Shown piece by piece: positions 1-11,400 of a DNA stretch of 37,279 nucleotides; position 1 is the stretch's first letter; the number at the start of each line of letters is the position of its first letter. The notes beneath the pieces were generated by a model that was not told the DNA's origin, did not search any database, and saw nothing but the letters and a program-made list of their open reading frames with translations. Position numbers and translations under genes: made by a program. The stretch comes from Chloroflexota bacterium (GTDB lineage Bacteria > Chloroflexota > UBA6077 > JACCZL01), in NCBI GenBank assembly GCA_038318015.1, contig JBBQBU010000002.1:1-37279 (forward strand), read 5' to 3'.

Positions 1-1
1 G

Positions 2-526
2 ACCAGTGGACCGGAGTTTGACGCGCTGGAGTTGGTGCGCAAGGACTGGGAAACACTGGGCCTGAAGATGGCGCTCAAGAGCACGCCGCGCGAGACGTAC
101 GTGCCGCGTGGCAACAACGGTGAGCTACAGATTGCCACCTGGGGCACCGACCGTGGCCTGGAGCCGTTTGTGGACCCGGTCTACGTCTTCCCGTACGACG
201 AGCGGTCGTGGATGGCGCCAGCCTGGGGGCTCTGGTTCAAGTCTGGCGGCCAGCGTGGCGAGAAGCCCGAGGGCGACGTCGCGAAGGCTCAGGAGCTGTT
301 CGGCCAGTTCCGCTCAACGGTGGACCCGGCCAAGCAGATCGAGATCGGTAAGCAGATCGTCAAGCTGGAGTCGGAAAACATCTGGATCATTGGGACGGTC
401 GGCGCAGTGCCGTCCATCGTCGTCGTGAAGAACAACTTCCGCAATGTGCCTGAGGAGGCCGTCACGGACTGGATTTTCATGAGCCCCGGCAACCTCGACC
501 CGGCTCAGTTCTTCTTCAAGAAGTAA
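2..526 (+). CDS. ABC transporter substrate-binding protein, family 5 (peptide/nickel type), C-terminal part; 5' end outside window
   Basis: Frame is open from the window edge (no stop between 2 and the TTG at 32); TAA at 524-526. The tail ...IWIIGTVGAVPSIVVVKNNFRNVPEE...SPGNLDPAQFFFKK resembles family-5 SBP C termini. DppBCDF-type genes follow. Confidence 0.8.
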   Translation, partial: TSGPEFDALELVRKDWETLGLKMALKSTPRETYVPRGNNGELQIATWGTDRGLEPFVDPVYVFPYDERSWMAPAWGLWFKSGGQRGEKPEGDVAKAQELFGQFRSTVDPAKQIEIGKQIVKLESENIWIIGTVGAVPSIVVVKNNFRNVPEEAVTDWIFMSPGNLDPAQFFFKK

Positions 527-537
527 GGACGGAGGTG

Positions 538-564
538 ATGGGTCATAGGTCTTGGGTCATGGGG
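538..564. repeat. Left flank of four-helix-bundle gene: degenerate copies of CATGGGT (complement of the right-flank heptamer)
   Basis: atgggtcataggtcttgggtcatgggg read directly; contains ATGGGT and GGGTCATGGG, the reverse complement of the ACCCATG units at 991-1025. Confidence 0.6.
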
Positions 565-577
565 GGCGAGTAGCATC

Positions 578-991
578 GTGACGATCGGCAGGCCTGCAAT
601 CAGCGGCTTCAGAGAACTCAGGGTCTGGCAATCGTCGATGATGCTCGTTGAAGCGGTCTATCTCGTAACTCGTGACTTTTCCCGTGACGAGACCTACGGC
701 CTGAGGGCACAAGTGCGCCGAGCAGCGGTTTCAGTACCATCAAATATCGCAGAGGGACACGCACGCGAGCACCTGGGGGAGTACCTGCATCATCTTTCGG
801 TGGCGCAAGGATCCCTGGCTGAGGTTGAGACTCAGTTAGAGATCGCAGGTCGCCTCGGGTACCTCGCAGCGGATCAGTTCGCAAGACTGCTCCAGGATGT
901 CGGGGCGCTCGCTCGACAGTTGAAGGCCCTCCGCATCGCGCTGGAACGCAAAGTCTCAACGCATCGCCGGAGCGTCGAGACGCCAGACTGA
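578..991 (+). CDS. Four-helix bundle protein (23S rRNA intervening-sequence protein family, TIGR02436-like)
   Basis: 137 aa, GTG start. Matches the family pattern: ELRVWQSSMMLVEAVYLVTRDFSRDETYGLRAQVRRAAVSVPSNIAEGHAR...YLHHLSVAQGSLAEVETQLEIAGRLGYL. The start could instead be the internal ATG pair near 638. Confidence 0.85.
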   Translation: MTIGRPAISGFRELRVWQSSMMLVEAVYLVTRDFSRDETYGLRAQVRRAAVSVPSNIAEGHAREHLGEYLHHLSVAQGSLAEVETQLEIAGRLGYLAADQFARLLQDVGALARQLKALRIALERKVSTHRRSVETPD

Positions 992-1032
992 CCCATGACC
1001 CATGACCCATGACCCATGACCCATGACATAGG
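991..1032. repeat. Tandem heptamer array, five perfect ACCCATG units (991-1025) plus one degenerate unit
   Basis: acccatg x5 then acatagg, read directly. The TGA stop of the upstream gene (989-991) runs into the first unit. Confidence 0.9.
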
Positions 1033-1043
1033 ACCGATCACCC

Positions 1044-2027
1044 ATGCTCACGTATATCGTCCGGCGACTATTCGGGATGGTACCCACGCTGTTCGTGGTG
1101 TCGGTCCTGACGTTCATCATCATTCAGGCACCGCCCGGCGACTTCCTGACCACGCTGAGTACCCAGATGGCCGAGGGCGGCGGCGGCATCGACGAGAGTG
1201 CGTTGGAGGCCATGCGGAAGCAGTACGGCCTCGACCAGCCGATGTATATGCAGTACCTTGCCTGGGTGGCCGGCTTCCCGCGCGGCGACTTCGGCTACTC
1301 CGTCGAGTGGAAGACGTCAGTCGCCGATCTTATTGGTGGGCGACTCGGGTTTACCTTGCTCTTTTCGGTGCTGGCGCTGATCTTCACCTGGATCGTCGCC
1401 ATACCGATTGGCATCTACTCCGCGACGCACCAGTACAGTTGGGGCGATGTCGTCCTGACGTTCATCGGGTTCCTGGGGCTGAGTATCCCCGCGTTCATGC
1501 TCGGGCTGGTCTATCTGTTCATCGCGGCGTTCTGGTTCAACGCCTCGGTGGGCGGCCTGATGACGCCAGGCCTCGAAAGCGCCCCCTGGGGGCCAGAGAA
1601 GATCCTGGATGTCGTGAACCATCTGCTCTGGCCGACCATCATCGTGGGGGCGGCCGGCACCGCGCAGTTGATCCGCATCATGCGCGGCAATTTGCTGGAA
1701 ATCCTCGGGCAGCAGTACATCACTACCGCCCGCGCGAAGGGCTTGACAGAAAACGTCGTCGTAAACAAGTACGCCGTCCGCGTCGCGATCAATCCGCTGG
1801 TCAGCGTGATGGGCATGGAGTTGCCGAACCTCATCAACGGCGCGACGCTGTTGGGTATCGTGCTGTCCCTGCCCACGATCGGGCCGATGTTCCTGAACGC
1901 ACTCAAAAACCAGGATATCTACCTTGCTGGCACCATCCTCGTGATGCTGGCCGTGCTGCTGATGGTTGGCAACCTCCTGGCCGACGTAACGCTGGCCTGG
2001 GTCGATCCAAGGATTCGGTACGAATGA
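1044..2027 (+). CDS. ABC transporter permease (DppB/OppB type)
   Basis: 327 aa multi-TM protein with a binding-protein-dependent permease core (...ITTARAKGLTENVVVNKYAVRVAINPLV...). Its stop overlaps the next start. Confidence 0.9.
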   Translation: MLTYIVRRLFGMVPTLFVVSVLTFIIIQAPPGDFLTTLSTQMAEGGGGIDESALEAMRKQYGLDQPMYMQYLAWVAGFPRGDFGYSVEWKTSVADLIGGRLGFTLLFSVLALIFTWIVAIPIGIYSATHQYSWGDVVLTFIGFLGLSIPAFMLGLVYLFIAAFWFNASVGGLMTPGLESAPWGPEKILDVVNHLLWPTIIVGAAGTAQLIRIMRGNLLEILGQQYITTARAKGLTENVVVNKYAVRVAINPLVSVMGMELPNLINGATLLGIVLSLPTIGPMFLNALKNQDIYLAGTILVMLAVLLMVGNLLADVTLAWVDPRIRYE

Positions 2028-3196
2028 GCACCGTCGTTCAGCCTGGGGGATGGTCTTACCCCGAAGAGACCGCTGACGCTCCTGTCGAGCACGAGGCCAT
2101 CAGCGCGGCCGACGAAAAGCGCTACGCCCGCACGCAGCTGCAGATTATCTGGCTCAAGTTCGTGCACAACCGCGCGGCAATGGCCGGCGGTGCCGTCATC
2201 CTGGCGCTGTACCTCGGGGCGCTCTTTGCGGGGTTCCTCGCGCCGTACGACGCCGATCTGCGCGTCGACGCCGCCATCTACGTGCCGCCGCAGCCCATCT
2301 ATCTGGTGGATGACGGCAAGTTCTACCCCCACGTCCTCGGCGTGACGCGCACCATCGACCGCGAGACGTTGCGGCGCACCTACCTGCCGGACCCGTACAC
2401 CAAAATCCCCGTCCAGTTCTTCGTGAAGGGCGAGCCGTACAACCTGTTCGGCTTCATCCCGCTGGAGACGCACCTGTTCGGCATCGCTGACAAGGAGTGG
2501 GGCGTCTTCCTGCTTGGCACCGACCGCCAGGGGCGCGATCAGCTCTCGCGGCTGATCGTCGGCAGCCAGATCTCCCTGTCCATCGGACTGGTCGGCGTGA
2601 CCCTCAGCCTGCTCATCGGGTCGGTGATGGGCGTCGCCAGCGGCTACTTCGGCGGCTGGATCGACGACGTGATGCAGCGCACCATCGAGGTGATCCGCTC
2701 GTTCCCGTCGATCCCGCTGTGGATGGCGCTGGCGGCCGCGTTCCCGCCGCACTGGCCGCCGTTGCAGGTGTATTTCGCCATCGGCGTGGTGTTGTCTCTG
2801 ATTAGCTGGACCTGGCTGGCGCGACAGTTGCGCGGCAAGGTGCTGGCCCTGCGGGAAGAAGAGTACGTGCTGGCGGCACAGTTGGCCGGCGGCAGCGACT
2901 GGCGCATCATCTTTAAGCACCTGATCCCCTCGGCCACCAGCCACATCGTCGTGATCGCGACGTTGGCGATCCCGAACATGATCCTGGCCGAGACGGCGCT
3001 GACGTTCCTGGGCATCGGCATTCGGCCGCCGCTTGTGAGCTGGGGCACCCTGCTGCAAGAGGCCCAAAATATCCAGACGCTCGCGCACTTCCCTTGGCTC
3101 CTGATGCCGGTCGTCTTTATTGCGACGGCTGTGCTGGCGTTCAACTTCCTGGGCGACGGGCTGCGCGACGCGACCGACCCCTATTCGATGGTGTAG
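2024..3196 (+). CDS. ABC transporter permease (DppC/OppC type)
   Basis: ATG at 2024 overlaps the upstream TGA (ATGA, 2024-2027). MSTVVQPGG... has an OppC-like N-terminal extension and core (FLLGTDRQGRDQLSRLIVGSQISL). The 1016-2023 part of the track ORF is an R/P-rich shadow of the previous gene. Confidence 0.88.
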   Translation: MSTVVQPGGWSYPEETADAPVEHEAISAADEKRYARTQLQIIWLKFVHNRAAMAGGAVILALYLGALFAGFLAPYDADLRVDAAIYVPPQPIYLVDDGKFYPHVLGVTRTIDRETLRRTYLPDPYTKIPVQFFVKGEPYNLFGFIPLETHLFGIADKEWGVFLLGTDRQGRDQLSRLIVGSQISLSIGLVGVTLSLLIGSVMGVASGYFGGWIDDVMQRTIEVIRSFPSIPLWMALAAAFPPHWPPLQVYFAIGVVLSLISWTWLARQLRGKVLALREEEYVLAAQLAGGSDWRIIFKHLIPSATSHIVVIATLAIPNMILAETALTFLGIGIRPPLVSWGTLLQEAQNIQTLAHFPWLLMPVVFIATAVLAFNFLGDGLRDATDPYSMV

Positions 3197-3198
3197 CT

Positions 3199-4283
3199 AT
3201 GACGATGCCACTACCAGTCCAGTCGGGCCAGTCAAACCAGACGCTGCCGTCACCCCGGGCGCACAGCGGCTCGCTGCTGGAGATTGACGATCTCAAGACC
3301 CACTTTTTTACGCGTGACGGCGTCGTCAAGGCCGTAGATGGCGTGACCATTGACGTCAAGCCTGGCGAAACGGTCGGGCTGGTCGGCGAGTCCGGCTGCG
3401 GCAAGAGCGTCACCGCGCACACGCTCCTGCGGCTCCTGCCCCCGAAGGTCAGCCGCATCGTCGGCGGTCAAGTGCGCTTCACGCGTCGCAACGGCCAGAC
3501 CGTGGACATGACGAAGATCGACCCGAAAGGCAGCGAGATTCGGAGCATTCGCGGCAACGAGATCGCGATGATCTTTCAGGAGCCGATGACCTCTCTGTCA
3601 CCCGTGCACACCGTCGGCAGCCAGATTGCCGAGGCGATCATGCTGCACCGCGCGGCAAACAAGCACGACGCCTACCTTCAGACCGTCGAGGCGCTGAAGC
3701 AGGTCGGCATCGGCAACGCCGAACAGCGCTTCTTCGAGTACCCGCACCAGTTATCGGGTGGGTTGCGGCAGCGCTGTATGATCGCGATGGCCCTGTCGTG
3801 CAACCCGCGCTTGTTGATCGCTGACGAGCCGACGACGGCGCTAGACGTGACAATCCAGGCGCAGATTCTGGAGCTCTTGAAGAAGCTCCAGGCCGACTAC
3901 GGCATGGCGATCCTGATGATTACCCACAACCTGGGCGTCATCGCGGAGATGGCTGACCGAGTCGCTGTGATGTACATGGGCAAGGTCGTGGAGATGGGCG
4001 ACTCGCGGACCATCTTCAATCAACCCCAGCACCCGTACACCATCGGGTTGTTGCGGAGCCTGCCACGCGTCGGCAAGAACGTGAAAGTACGGCTGGCGTC
4101 GATCCCCGGCAGCGTGCCCGACCCGTTCAACCTGCCGCCGGGCTGCAGCTTCTACCCGCGCTGCCCGGCCCCCAAGCGTGCCAGTTGCCAGGAGCCGGTG
4201 CCGCTCCAAGAACTCGAACCCGGCCACTGGGTCCGGTGCACGCTGTACGAGCCGAGTCGGACCATCCCGCTGGGGGTGACGGC

Positions 4284-4287
<4 letters not shown>
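3199..4287 (+). CDS. ABC transporter ATP-binding protein (DppD/OppD type)
   Basis: Walker A GESGCGKS, signature LSGGLRQR, Walker [13 protein letters not shown], and a C-terminal oligopeptide-type Cys-rich tail. ATG 3199 lies 2 nt after the upstream TAG. Confidence 0.9.
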
Positions 4288-5348
<1,061 letters not shown>

Positions 5349-5437
5349 CCGAGCGATCACCCGGCTGCGACACACACGTTAGCCCGGCGCAAGATCCTGC
5401 TCGTACACTCTGGTCAGATCACGGGCAGGAGGCAGTG

Positions 5438-5914
5438 ATGGGCGGCACGGTCGAAGGTATCTTCGTCGCGGCGAAGCCGGGCGAGCCGATGCGCCCAGTG
5501 CCTGAGGTCGTGGGCAAGGCCGGGCACGGCCTCGTCGGGGACCGCCACTACCGCGCGTCACTCACCAGGAAGCGGCGGCTGACGATGGACGACCTGTCGC
5601 TGGTGGAGGCCGAGGTGCTGGAGGCGCTGCGCGATGAGTACGGCATCGAACTGGCACCGGACGAGACGCGCCGAAACATCCTGGTGCGCGGTGTCCGCCT
5701 CAACGACCTGATCGGGCAGCGCTTCCGGCTCGGCGGGATGCTCTGTGAGGGCATCGAAATCTGCCAGCCGTGCGCGCACATGCAGCAGAAGGTCGGCAAG
5801 CCGGTGCTGAAGCCGCTGGCGCACCGTGGCGGCCTGCGCGCCCGCATCCTTGAAGGCGGCGCTGTGCGCGTCGGCGATGGTGTGGCCGCACTGGAAGCCC
5901 CCGCCCGCACCTGA
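5438..5914 (+). CDS. MOSC domain-containing protein
   Basis: AGGAGG at 5427-5432 precedes ATG 5438. MGGTVEGIFVAAKPGEPMRPV...RRNILVRGV...CEGIEICQPCAHM...GGLRARILEGGAVRVGD is a MOSC-like beta-barrel pattern with the conserved Cys. Confidence 0.8.
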   Translation: MGGTVEGIFVAAKPGEPMRPVPEVVGKAGHGLVGDRHYRASLTRKRRLTMDDLSLVEAEVLEALRDEYGIELAPDETRRNILVRGVRLNDLIGQRFRLGGMLCEGIEICQPCAHMQQKVGKPVLKPLAHRGGLRARILEGGAVRVGDGVAALEAPART

Positions 5915-5921
5915 CGGCGTA

Positions 5922-6030
5922 CCCTCACCTCCTCCCCTCTCCCACGAACGGCGGCTCGAATATCGGCTGCGCCGACATCCTAACGGCTTCGCCGTCTCTC
6001 CGCGTCGCAAGCAGGAGAGAGGAGGAGGTG
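5922..6030. repeat. GC-rich palindromic element, long-loop variant, between convergent genes
   Basis: Left arm ccctcacctcctcccctctccc (5922-5943) is nearly complementary to ggagagaggaggaggtg (6014-6030). An inner hairpin tctctcc-N12-ggagaga lies at 5996-6021. Same CTCTCCC/GGGAGAG and CCCTCACC motifs as the other copies. Confidence 0.6.
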
Positions 6031-6043
6031 TCTCACGCTGGGG

Positions 6044-7159
6044 TCAGTAGGGGATGCCCTGCTCCAGGTAGTCGGCGCGCGGCTCGTGGCCGAGGCCCGG
6101 CGCGTCGGAGACGTGGAAGAAGCCGTCGTGCACATCGAACGGCGGGTCCATCACCTGCTGGTACTTCTTCAATTCCGAGTATGCAATCTCCAGGCGGAAG
6201 AAGTTGGACGTGGACATCATCGTCTGCGCGCCGGCAATGAGCGTGATCGGCCCAGTCGCGTCGTGCGGAGAGATCGGGATGAAGAACGTCTCGGCCAGCG
6301 TGGCGATCTTCTTCATCTCCGAGATGCCGCCCGTCCGGATGATGTCCGGCATGATGTAGTCTGCCAACTTCTGCTCGAGGACCGGGCGGAACTGCCAGCG
6401 CGTGTACAGCCGCTCGCCCACGCAGATCGGCACGTCCGTCTGGTCGCGGAACTGGCGCAGCGCGTCCCAATTCTCTGGCGGCACCGGCTCCTCGAACCAG
6501 CCGATGCGGTACGGCCGGAGGTGGTTCGCCAGGCGGACGGCGGTCGGCATGTTGAAGCGGCCATGCGCGTCGATGAAGATCTCGACGTTATTGCCGATCT
6601 CGGTGCGGATCGCGTCGATTATCTCGACTGCGGCGTAGTCCTCGTGCGACGGGTAGTTGGCCGCGTAGCCCGCGAGGTACGCCGCGCCGCGCTTGAACGG
6701 GTCAAGCTTAATGGCCGTGTGGCCCTCGTCCACCGTCGCGCGGGCCGCCTTTGCGTACTGCTCTGCCGTCTCGCAGCCGTCAAACCAGCCGTTGCTGTAC
6801 AGCACCAGATTCTCGTGGAACTTGCCGCCAAGTAGCTCGTAGATCGGCAGGCCGAGCATCTTGCCGCGAATGTCCCAGAGCGCGATGTCGATGCCCGAGA
6901 TTAGCGCCGAGACGAACCCGAGCGACCCCAGCGAGTTGAAGCTGGCATACAGCTTGTGCCAGATGAACTCAATCCGCGTCGGGTCTTCGCCAATCAGGAT
7001 CGGGGCCAGCCGGCTGGCCGCCGCCGCGACGACGCCGCTGTGCGGGCCGCTGGACGCCTGCCCCCAGCCATAAACGCCTTCGTCGGTATCAACTTTGAGG
7101 AAGACCCACGGGTAGCGCGTACCCGGCAGGTGGTAGGCCGTTACATTGGTGATCTTCAC
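6044..7159 (-). CDS. Enolase-superfamily enzyme, galactonate/mannonate dehydratase-like (mandelate racemase/muconate lactonizing family)
   Basis: GTG start with AGGAG upstream. N terminus MKITNVTAYHLPGTRYPWVFLKVDTDEGVYGWGQAS. Metal-ligand context FIDAHGRF, WFEEP, VGERLY. Confidence 0.85.
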   Translation of the reverse strand: MKITNVTAYHLPGTRYPWVFLKVDTDEGVYGWGQASSGPHSGVVAAAASRLAPILIGEDPTRIEFIWHKLYASFNSLGSLGFVSALISGIDIALWDIRGKMLGLPIYELLGGKFHENLVLYSNGWFDGCETAEQYAKAARATVDEGHTAIKLDPFKRGAAYLAGYAANYPSHEDYAAVEIIDAIRTEIGNNVEIFIDAHGRFNMPTAVRLANHLRPYRIGWFEEPVPPENWDALRQFRDQTDVPICVGERLYTRWQFRPVLEQKLADYIMPDIIRTGGISEMKKIATLAETFFIPISPHDATGPITLIAGAQTMMSTSNFFRLEIAYSELKKYQQVMDPPFDVHDGFFHVSDAPGLGHEPRADYLEQGIPY

Positions 7160-7324
7160 CGATCAGCTCCTGAGTGTGAGTTGGCCGCGCAGGCTCCCCG
7201 CCGGAGGGCGGACCGCGCGGCGGCACGGCACCGTGCGTGTCGCCCGTTTATCGCACATTGTCGGCAGGGCCGCACCTCGGCACGGGCGGGCGGCCCATCG
7301 CAGAACCGACCGCAACTGGGCGTA

Positions 7325-8263
7325 TCAGGCGTCGGCGGGCAGCCCCCGCTGCCACTCGATCTGCGCGCGCAAGCCGTCTTCAAGGGCCGTTTTCGGCTGC
7401 CAGCCAAGCTCATTGCGGGCCTTGTCGGTCACGGCCAGGGCGTCGCGCTGCTCGCCGATGCGGGCCGGGCCGTGGACAACGTTGGTCGTCTGGCCCGCCA
7501 GCCGCTGGATGGTGTCTACGATCCAGTTTGCCGACCGCGACTCGCCGCCGCCGACGTTGTAGACCTGCCCCGGCCGCCCCTCAATGGCCGCACGGATCGT
7601 CGCATCTACCGCGTCCTCGACGTAGGTGTTCCCGCGCGTCTGCTCGCCGTCCCCAAAGATGGTGATGGTCTCGCCGCGCAGCACCTTCTCGACGAAGATG
7701 GTGTAGCCCATGTCCGGGCGCTGGCGCGGCCCGTAGACCGAGAAGTAGCGCACCGCAACGACCGGCAACCCAAGCTCGGACTGATAGGCGAACGCCAGGT
7801 TCTCGGCGCAGAGCTTGGTGGCACCGTACGGGGAGATCGGTGCGGTCGGGGCGTCCTCGGCGCAACTTGAGCCGCGCCCGTACACCGACGACGTGGACAC
7901 CTGCACGAACGCCTGCGGCTTCACACCGCGCGCGGCTTCCAGAAGCCGCTGCGTCGCCAGGATATTGCAGGTCATGTACTCCTCGAACCAATCCCAGCTA
8001 CGGAGCAGGCCGGGCATCGCCGCCTCGTGGTAGATCACGTCGGCCCCGTCCACGATGGGCGCAAGGTCGGCCGTGCGAAGATCCGCCTCGACCAACTGGA
8101 ACTTCGGGTGCGCCAGCAGCGCGATGAGGTGGCGCTCCTTCCGGGCGCGCGGGTAGTAGGCGTGGAACATGTCCACCCCGACGACCTCATGACCCTCTCG
8201 CAGCAGCCGCTCAGAGAGGTGTGAGCCGACAAACCCGGCGGCACCGGTGACAAGACAGCGCAT
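7325..8263 (-). CDS. NAD-dependent NDP-sugar epimerase/dehydratase (extended SDR)
   Basis: MRCLVTGAAGFVGSHL Rossmann motif and YGATK catalytic motif. GGAGGA Shine-Dalgarno upstream of ATG 8263. Confidence 0.88.
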   Translation of the reverse strand: MRCLVTGAAGFVGSHLSERLLREGHEVVGVDMFHAYYPRARKERHLIALLAHPKFQLVEADLRTADLAPIVDGADVIYHEAAMPGLLRSWDWFEEYMTCNILATQRLLEAARGVKPQAFVQVSTSSVYGRGSSCAEDAPTAPISPYGATKLCAENLAFAYQSELGLPVVAVRYFSVYGPRQRPDMGYTIFVEKVLRGETITIFGDGEQTRGNTYVEDAVDATIRAAIEGRPGQVYNVGGGESRSANWIVDTIQRLAGQTTNVVHGPARIGEQRDALAVTDKARNELGWQPKTALEDGLRAQIEWQRGLPADA

Positions 8264-8360
8264 AGCATCCTCCGCCGCGAATTACAGCAGACTGCGCGCC
8301 GCCGGGCCAACTCGGGACACGAGTTTGGGCAACGTTGGAGGGGTGCGGCAGACTCACCCG

Positions 8361-8366
8361 TATAAT
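8361..8366 (+). promoter_or_regulatory. Perfect TATAAT -10-like hexamer upstream of the GT-C operon
   Basis: tataat at 8361-8366 in GC-rich DNA, 62 nt upstream of ATG 8428. No good -35 at 16-18 nt spacing, so this is weak. Confidence 0.3.
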
Positions 8367-8427
8367 TCGAGGCCCGAAGGACGGCCAACTGTGGTCGCCG
8401 TGGGCACGAGGTGGATCAGTCGTCCCG

Positions 8428-11400
8428 ATGCCCCAGGCTCGCCCACTGATTTTCGGCGCTGCCCTACTGTCGCTGGCGCTGCCAGGCCATCCGCTTGCGC
8501 TGCTGGGCGGATTGCCGCTTGATCTGCCCGCGATCTGGCTTGCCCTGCTCGTCGTCGGGTGGGCCGTGCTGCTGCCCGGAGCGCCACCGCGCGGACGGCT
8601 GCTGCTTGGCGGTCTCGCTGCCGTGGGGCTGCTGCGGGTACTCGTCGGGCTGGTCGCTCCGAGCTACGGGCTTGACGGAACGTACCGGCTTGATTCGGCC
8701 ACGCAGCCGGCCGGCGAGAACTGGCCGCGCGGGGCGCAGGTGGCAGGGCGCCTGGACTTCCGGGGCGACGAGTTCCCGGTGCATTTCATCAATGACGTCC
8801 GATACCTGAACTTCTACACGCCGAATCAGCCGAAACGCGACCTGTTGCCGTTCGCCGCACGCTGGACCGGCTTACTGGTCATGCCGGCGGCCGGCGAGCA
8901 GACGCTGTCGCTCGAAGCGAACGGGCCGGCGACGCTCGAACTCGGGAGCGCGGCCACGGGCGGCGTGCAGCGCGTCAGCATCGACCAGCCGGGCCGGCTG
9001 CGCGACGCCACGCTGACGGCGACGCTGCCGTCCGGCCTCATCCCGATCACCGTCACGTACCAGCGCCCGGACGAGGCGATGCCGTGGCTCGTCGTCCGTA
9101 ACGGCCCGCCCGTCACAGACGGTGAACCGCTCGGCGGGGTGCAACTGGTCCGGGCAGGCACTGGCGACACCGCCGTTGCCCGGGACGGCTGGCTGCGGCC
9201 GTTGGCGCTGGCCCTGGACGGCCTGTTCGTCGGGCTGCTCGGCGTCGGGTTTGCGGCGCATCTGCTGGCGACGCTGCGGGGCCGGCGGTCGGCCAGCACT
9301 GAGCCGGCAGGTGACGGCCAGCCCGAAGCGCCTGGAGCGTGGGCACCGCGCGGCCTGGAGCGCGTGTTGCTGGCCCTCTACGTCGTCGTCGCCGTCGGCT
9401 TCGAGATTCGTGACCATCAGCATCTGTTCGGCCGCGCGATCATCCTGTCGGGCGGCAACGACTGGCTCGCCTACGAGGGCTTCGCGCGGGACATCCTCAC
9501 CAACGGACTGTTGTTGACTGAGGGCCGCGCGCTCGGTCAGGGCGTCCCGTTCTACTATCAGCCGCTCTACATTTACTGGGTCGCTCTGACGCATCTGGTG
9601 CTCGGCGAAAGCCTGTTCGCGCCGCTGTTGATGAACACCGCCCTGGGAATTGCGGCCGGCGTCGGCGTCTACTGCCTGACCAGGAGCCTGTTCGGGCGGG
9701 GCGCGGCGCTGGCGGCCTTGCCGTTGTTCGAGGTCGCCCGGCAGACGGTCTTCGCGCCAACCGCCGGCCTGCTGCTCTCTGAAAACCTGATCTTCCCGCT
9801 GGTGCCGGTCTTCTTGCTGCTGTTCGCCCGCCTCGCAGTGACCGGGCGCGTCGGGTTGGCCGTCGCGGCAGGCTTCGTGCTCGGGTTGGGCGGCCTCGCC
9901 CGGACGACGCCGCTGGCGCTGCTGCCGCCCGCGCTGCTGATCCTGCTGCTGGCGTGGCGCAGGGTCCGTCTGGGGCGTCTCGCCTTCGGCTCGGATCGGC
10001 TGGCGCTTGGTTGGCGCGCGACGGTCGTCCGGCTGGCTGTTGTTGTCGTCGCCTGCACGCTGACACTGGGCATGGCCACGACCCGCAACTATCTGGTGTC
10101 GGGCCGCCCGGTGCCGATCACCAGCAGCGCCGGCGCGAACCTCTGGGAGACACATCGGCCGTCCAGCAAGGTCGATCTGTCGCGCATCGACCGTGACCCG
10201 TTGTACGAACGCCTGCAACTGGACCGCACGACCCGCGAGGTAGTGGAGTTCATACGGCAAGACGCGGCCGGCTATGTCGGCACGCTGGTCCCGATGTTCT
10301 TGTTTGCGGTGGGGGTGCAGGGCGCAGTCGTCGGCACCTGGGACGTGCAGCCGATCCTGTTCGGCCTCTGGGTGACCTATCTGCTGGCGTCGCTGGCGAT
10401 GCCCTGTGCCCGTACCTTGCCGACGCTCTTCCTGCACGCGTTCATCTGGAGTCACCTTGCCCAGATGACCATCTTCTTCTCGCACCAGTACGGCTTCCGG
10501 CTGATCCTGCCGATGTATGTCGCGATGGTACCGGTCGTCGCAGCGGGTGTTGCCGCTGTTGTCGCGAGGGTCGCCCGGCTGCTGACACTGCTCGGGGTGT
10601 TCCTGCCGGCTCGCGCGTCGTTGCCGCCCGTCACGCGAGTGGCGCTGGCGCTGGTGGCGTTTGCGGGGGGTGCGGCTGGCCTGGGGGCGATCGACTGGCG
10701 CAGCCCGGACGCGGCCCGAGAGGCGTTCTATGCGGTGAGCGGCGACGTGGCGATAGCAGTCCGGCAGGCGGCGCGCCCAGATCTGATGCGGCGGGTAGCC
10801 TCGGCGTATTTCGTGGGCGACGACAGCCGCTCGACCGACGTGGCCTATCTCAATGGGCTTGCGTTCCCGACGCTGCGCTGGTTCGATGGCGCACGCGGGG
10901 TCGTGCTGCCGCCGCCCGGCGAGCAGGCGCTCTATGTCATGCCCGACCGCGCCGCCGCCGACGTGGCGAAACAGTGTCTAGGCAGCAGCGCCAGCATTGG
11001 CCGCGAACGAGACCCGGTGGTCGGCGTCGGGCTGGAGCTGTTGCTCGCCTCGGCGGGCACCGGCGACTGCACGATGCCACGACTGCCTATCGGCGCGCCG
11101 TTCGGTGAGGGACAGGACGCGACGGCGCGGCTGCTCGGCCTGGACGGGCCGGCCTCCACCGAGCCGGGCCGCACGCTCGACGTGATGATCGCCTGGGAGG
11201 CGCTCGGGCGTCCGCGCAACCGCGCCCGGCCGCTGGTGACCCTGGTGGACAGTCGCGGGCGGCGCTGGGGACAGGCCGAGACGACGGCGTACCCAAGTTC
11301 GGCATGGCGGCCCGGCGAGCGGGCGGTTGGCGTCGCCCGGTTGGAGATCGACCCGACGTTGCCGCCCGGCGAGTACCGCCTTGATGGCGGCTTCAGCGCT

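Noticed and set aside
1016-2023. Upstream extensions of track ORFs (also 3094-3198, 4185-4283, 5210-5437, 8335-8427, 20666-21286, 23688-23753, 27323-27448, 27346-27501, 28124-28411, 34921-35550, 34913-35266)
   Set aside because: The extensions overlap the preceding genes or are low-complexity. Internal starts with Shine-Dalgarno sites, ATGA coupling or family-typical N termini fit better.
8872-10485. Long antisense ORF (537 aa), and similar ones at 1919-3088, 10978-12066, 15496-16635, 24053-25528 and 28735-29664
   Set aside because: They are Arg/Pro/Ala/Gly-rich with no recognisable domains. Each lies entirely opposite or out of frame to CDSs with clear family signatures. These are typical shadow ORFs of GC-rich DNA.
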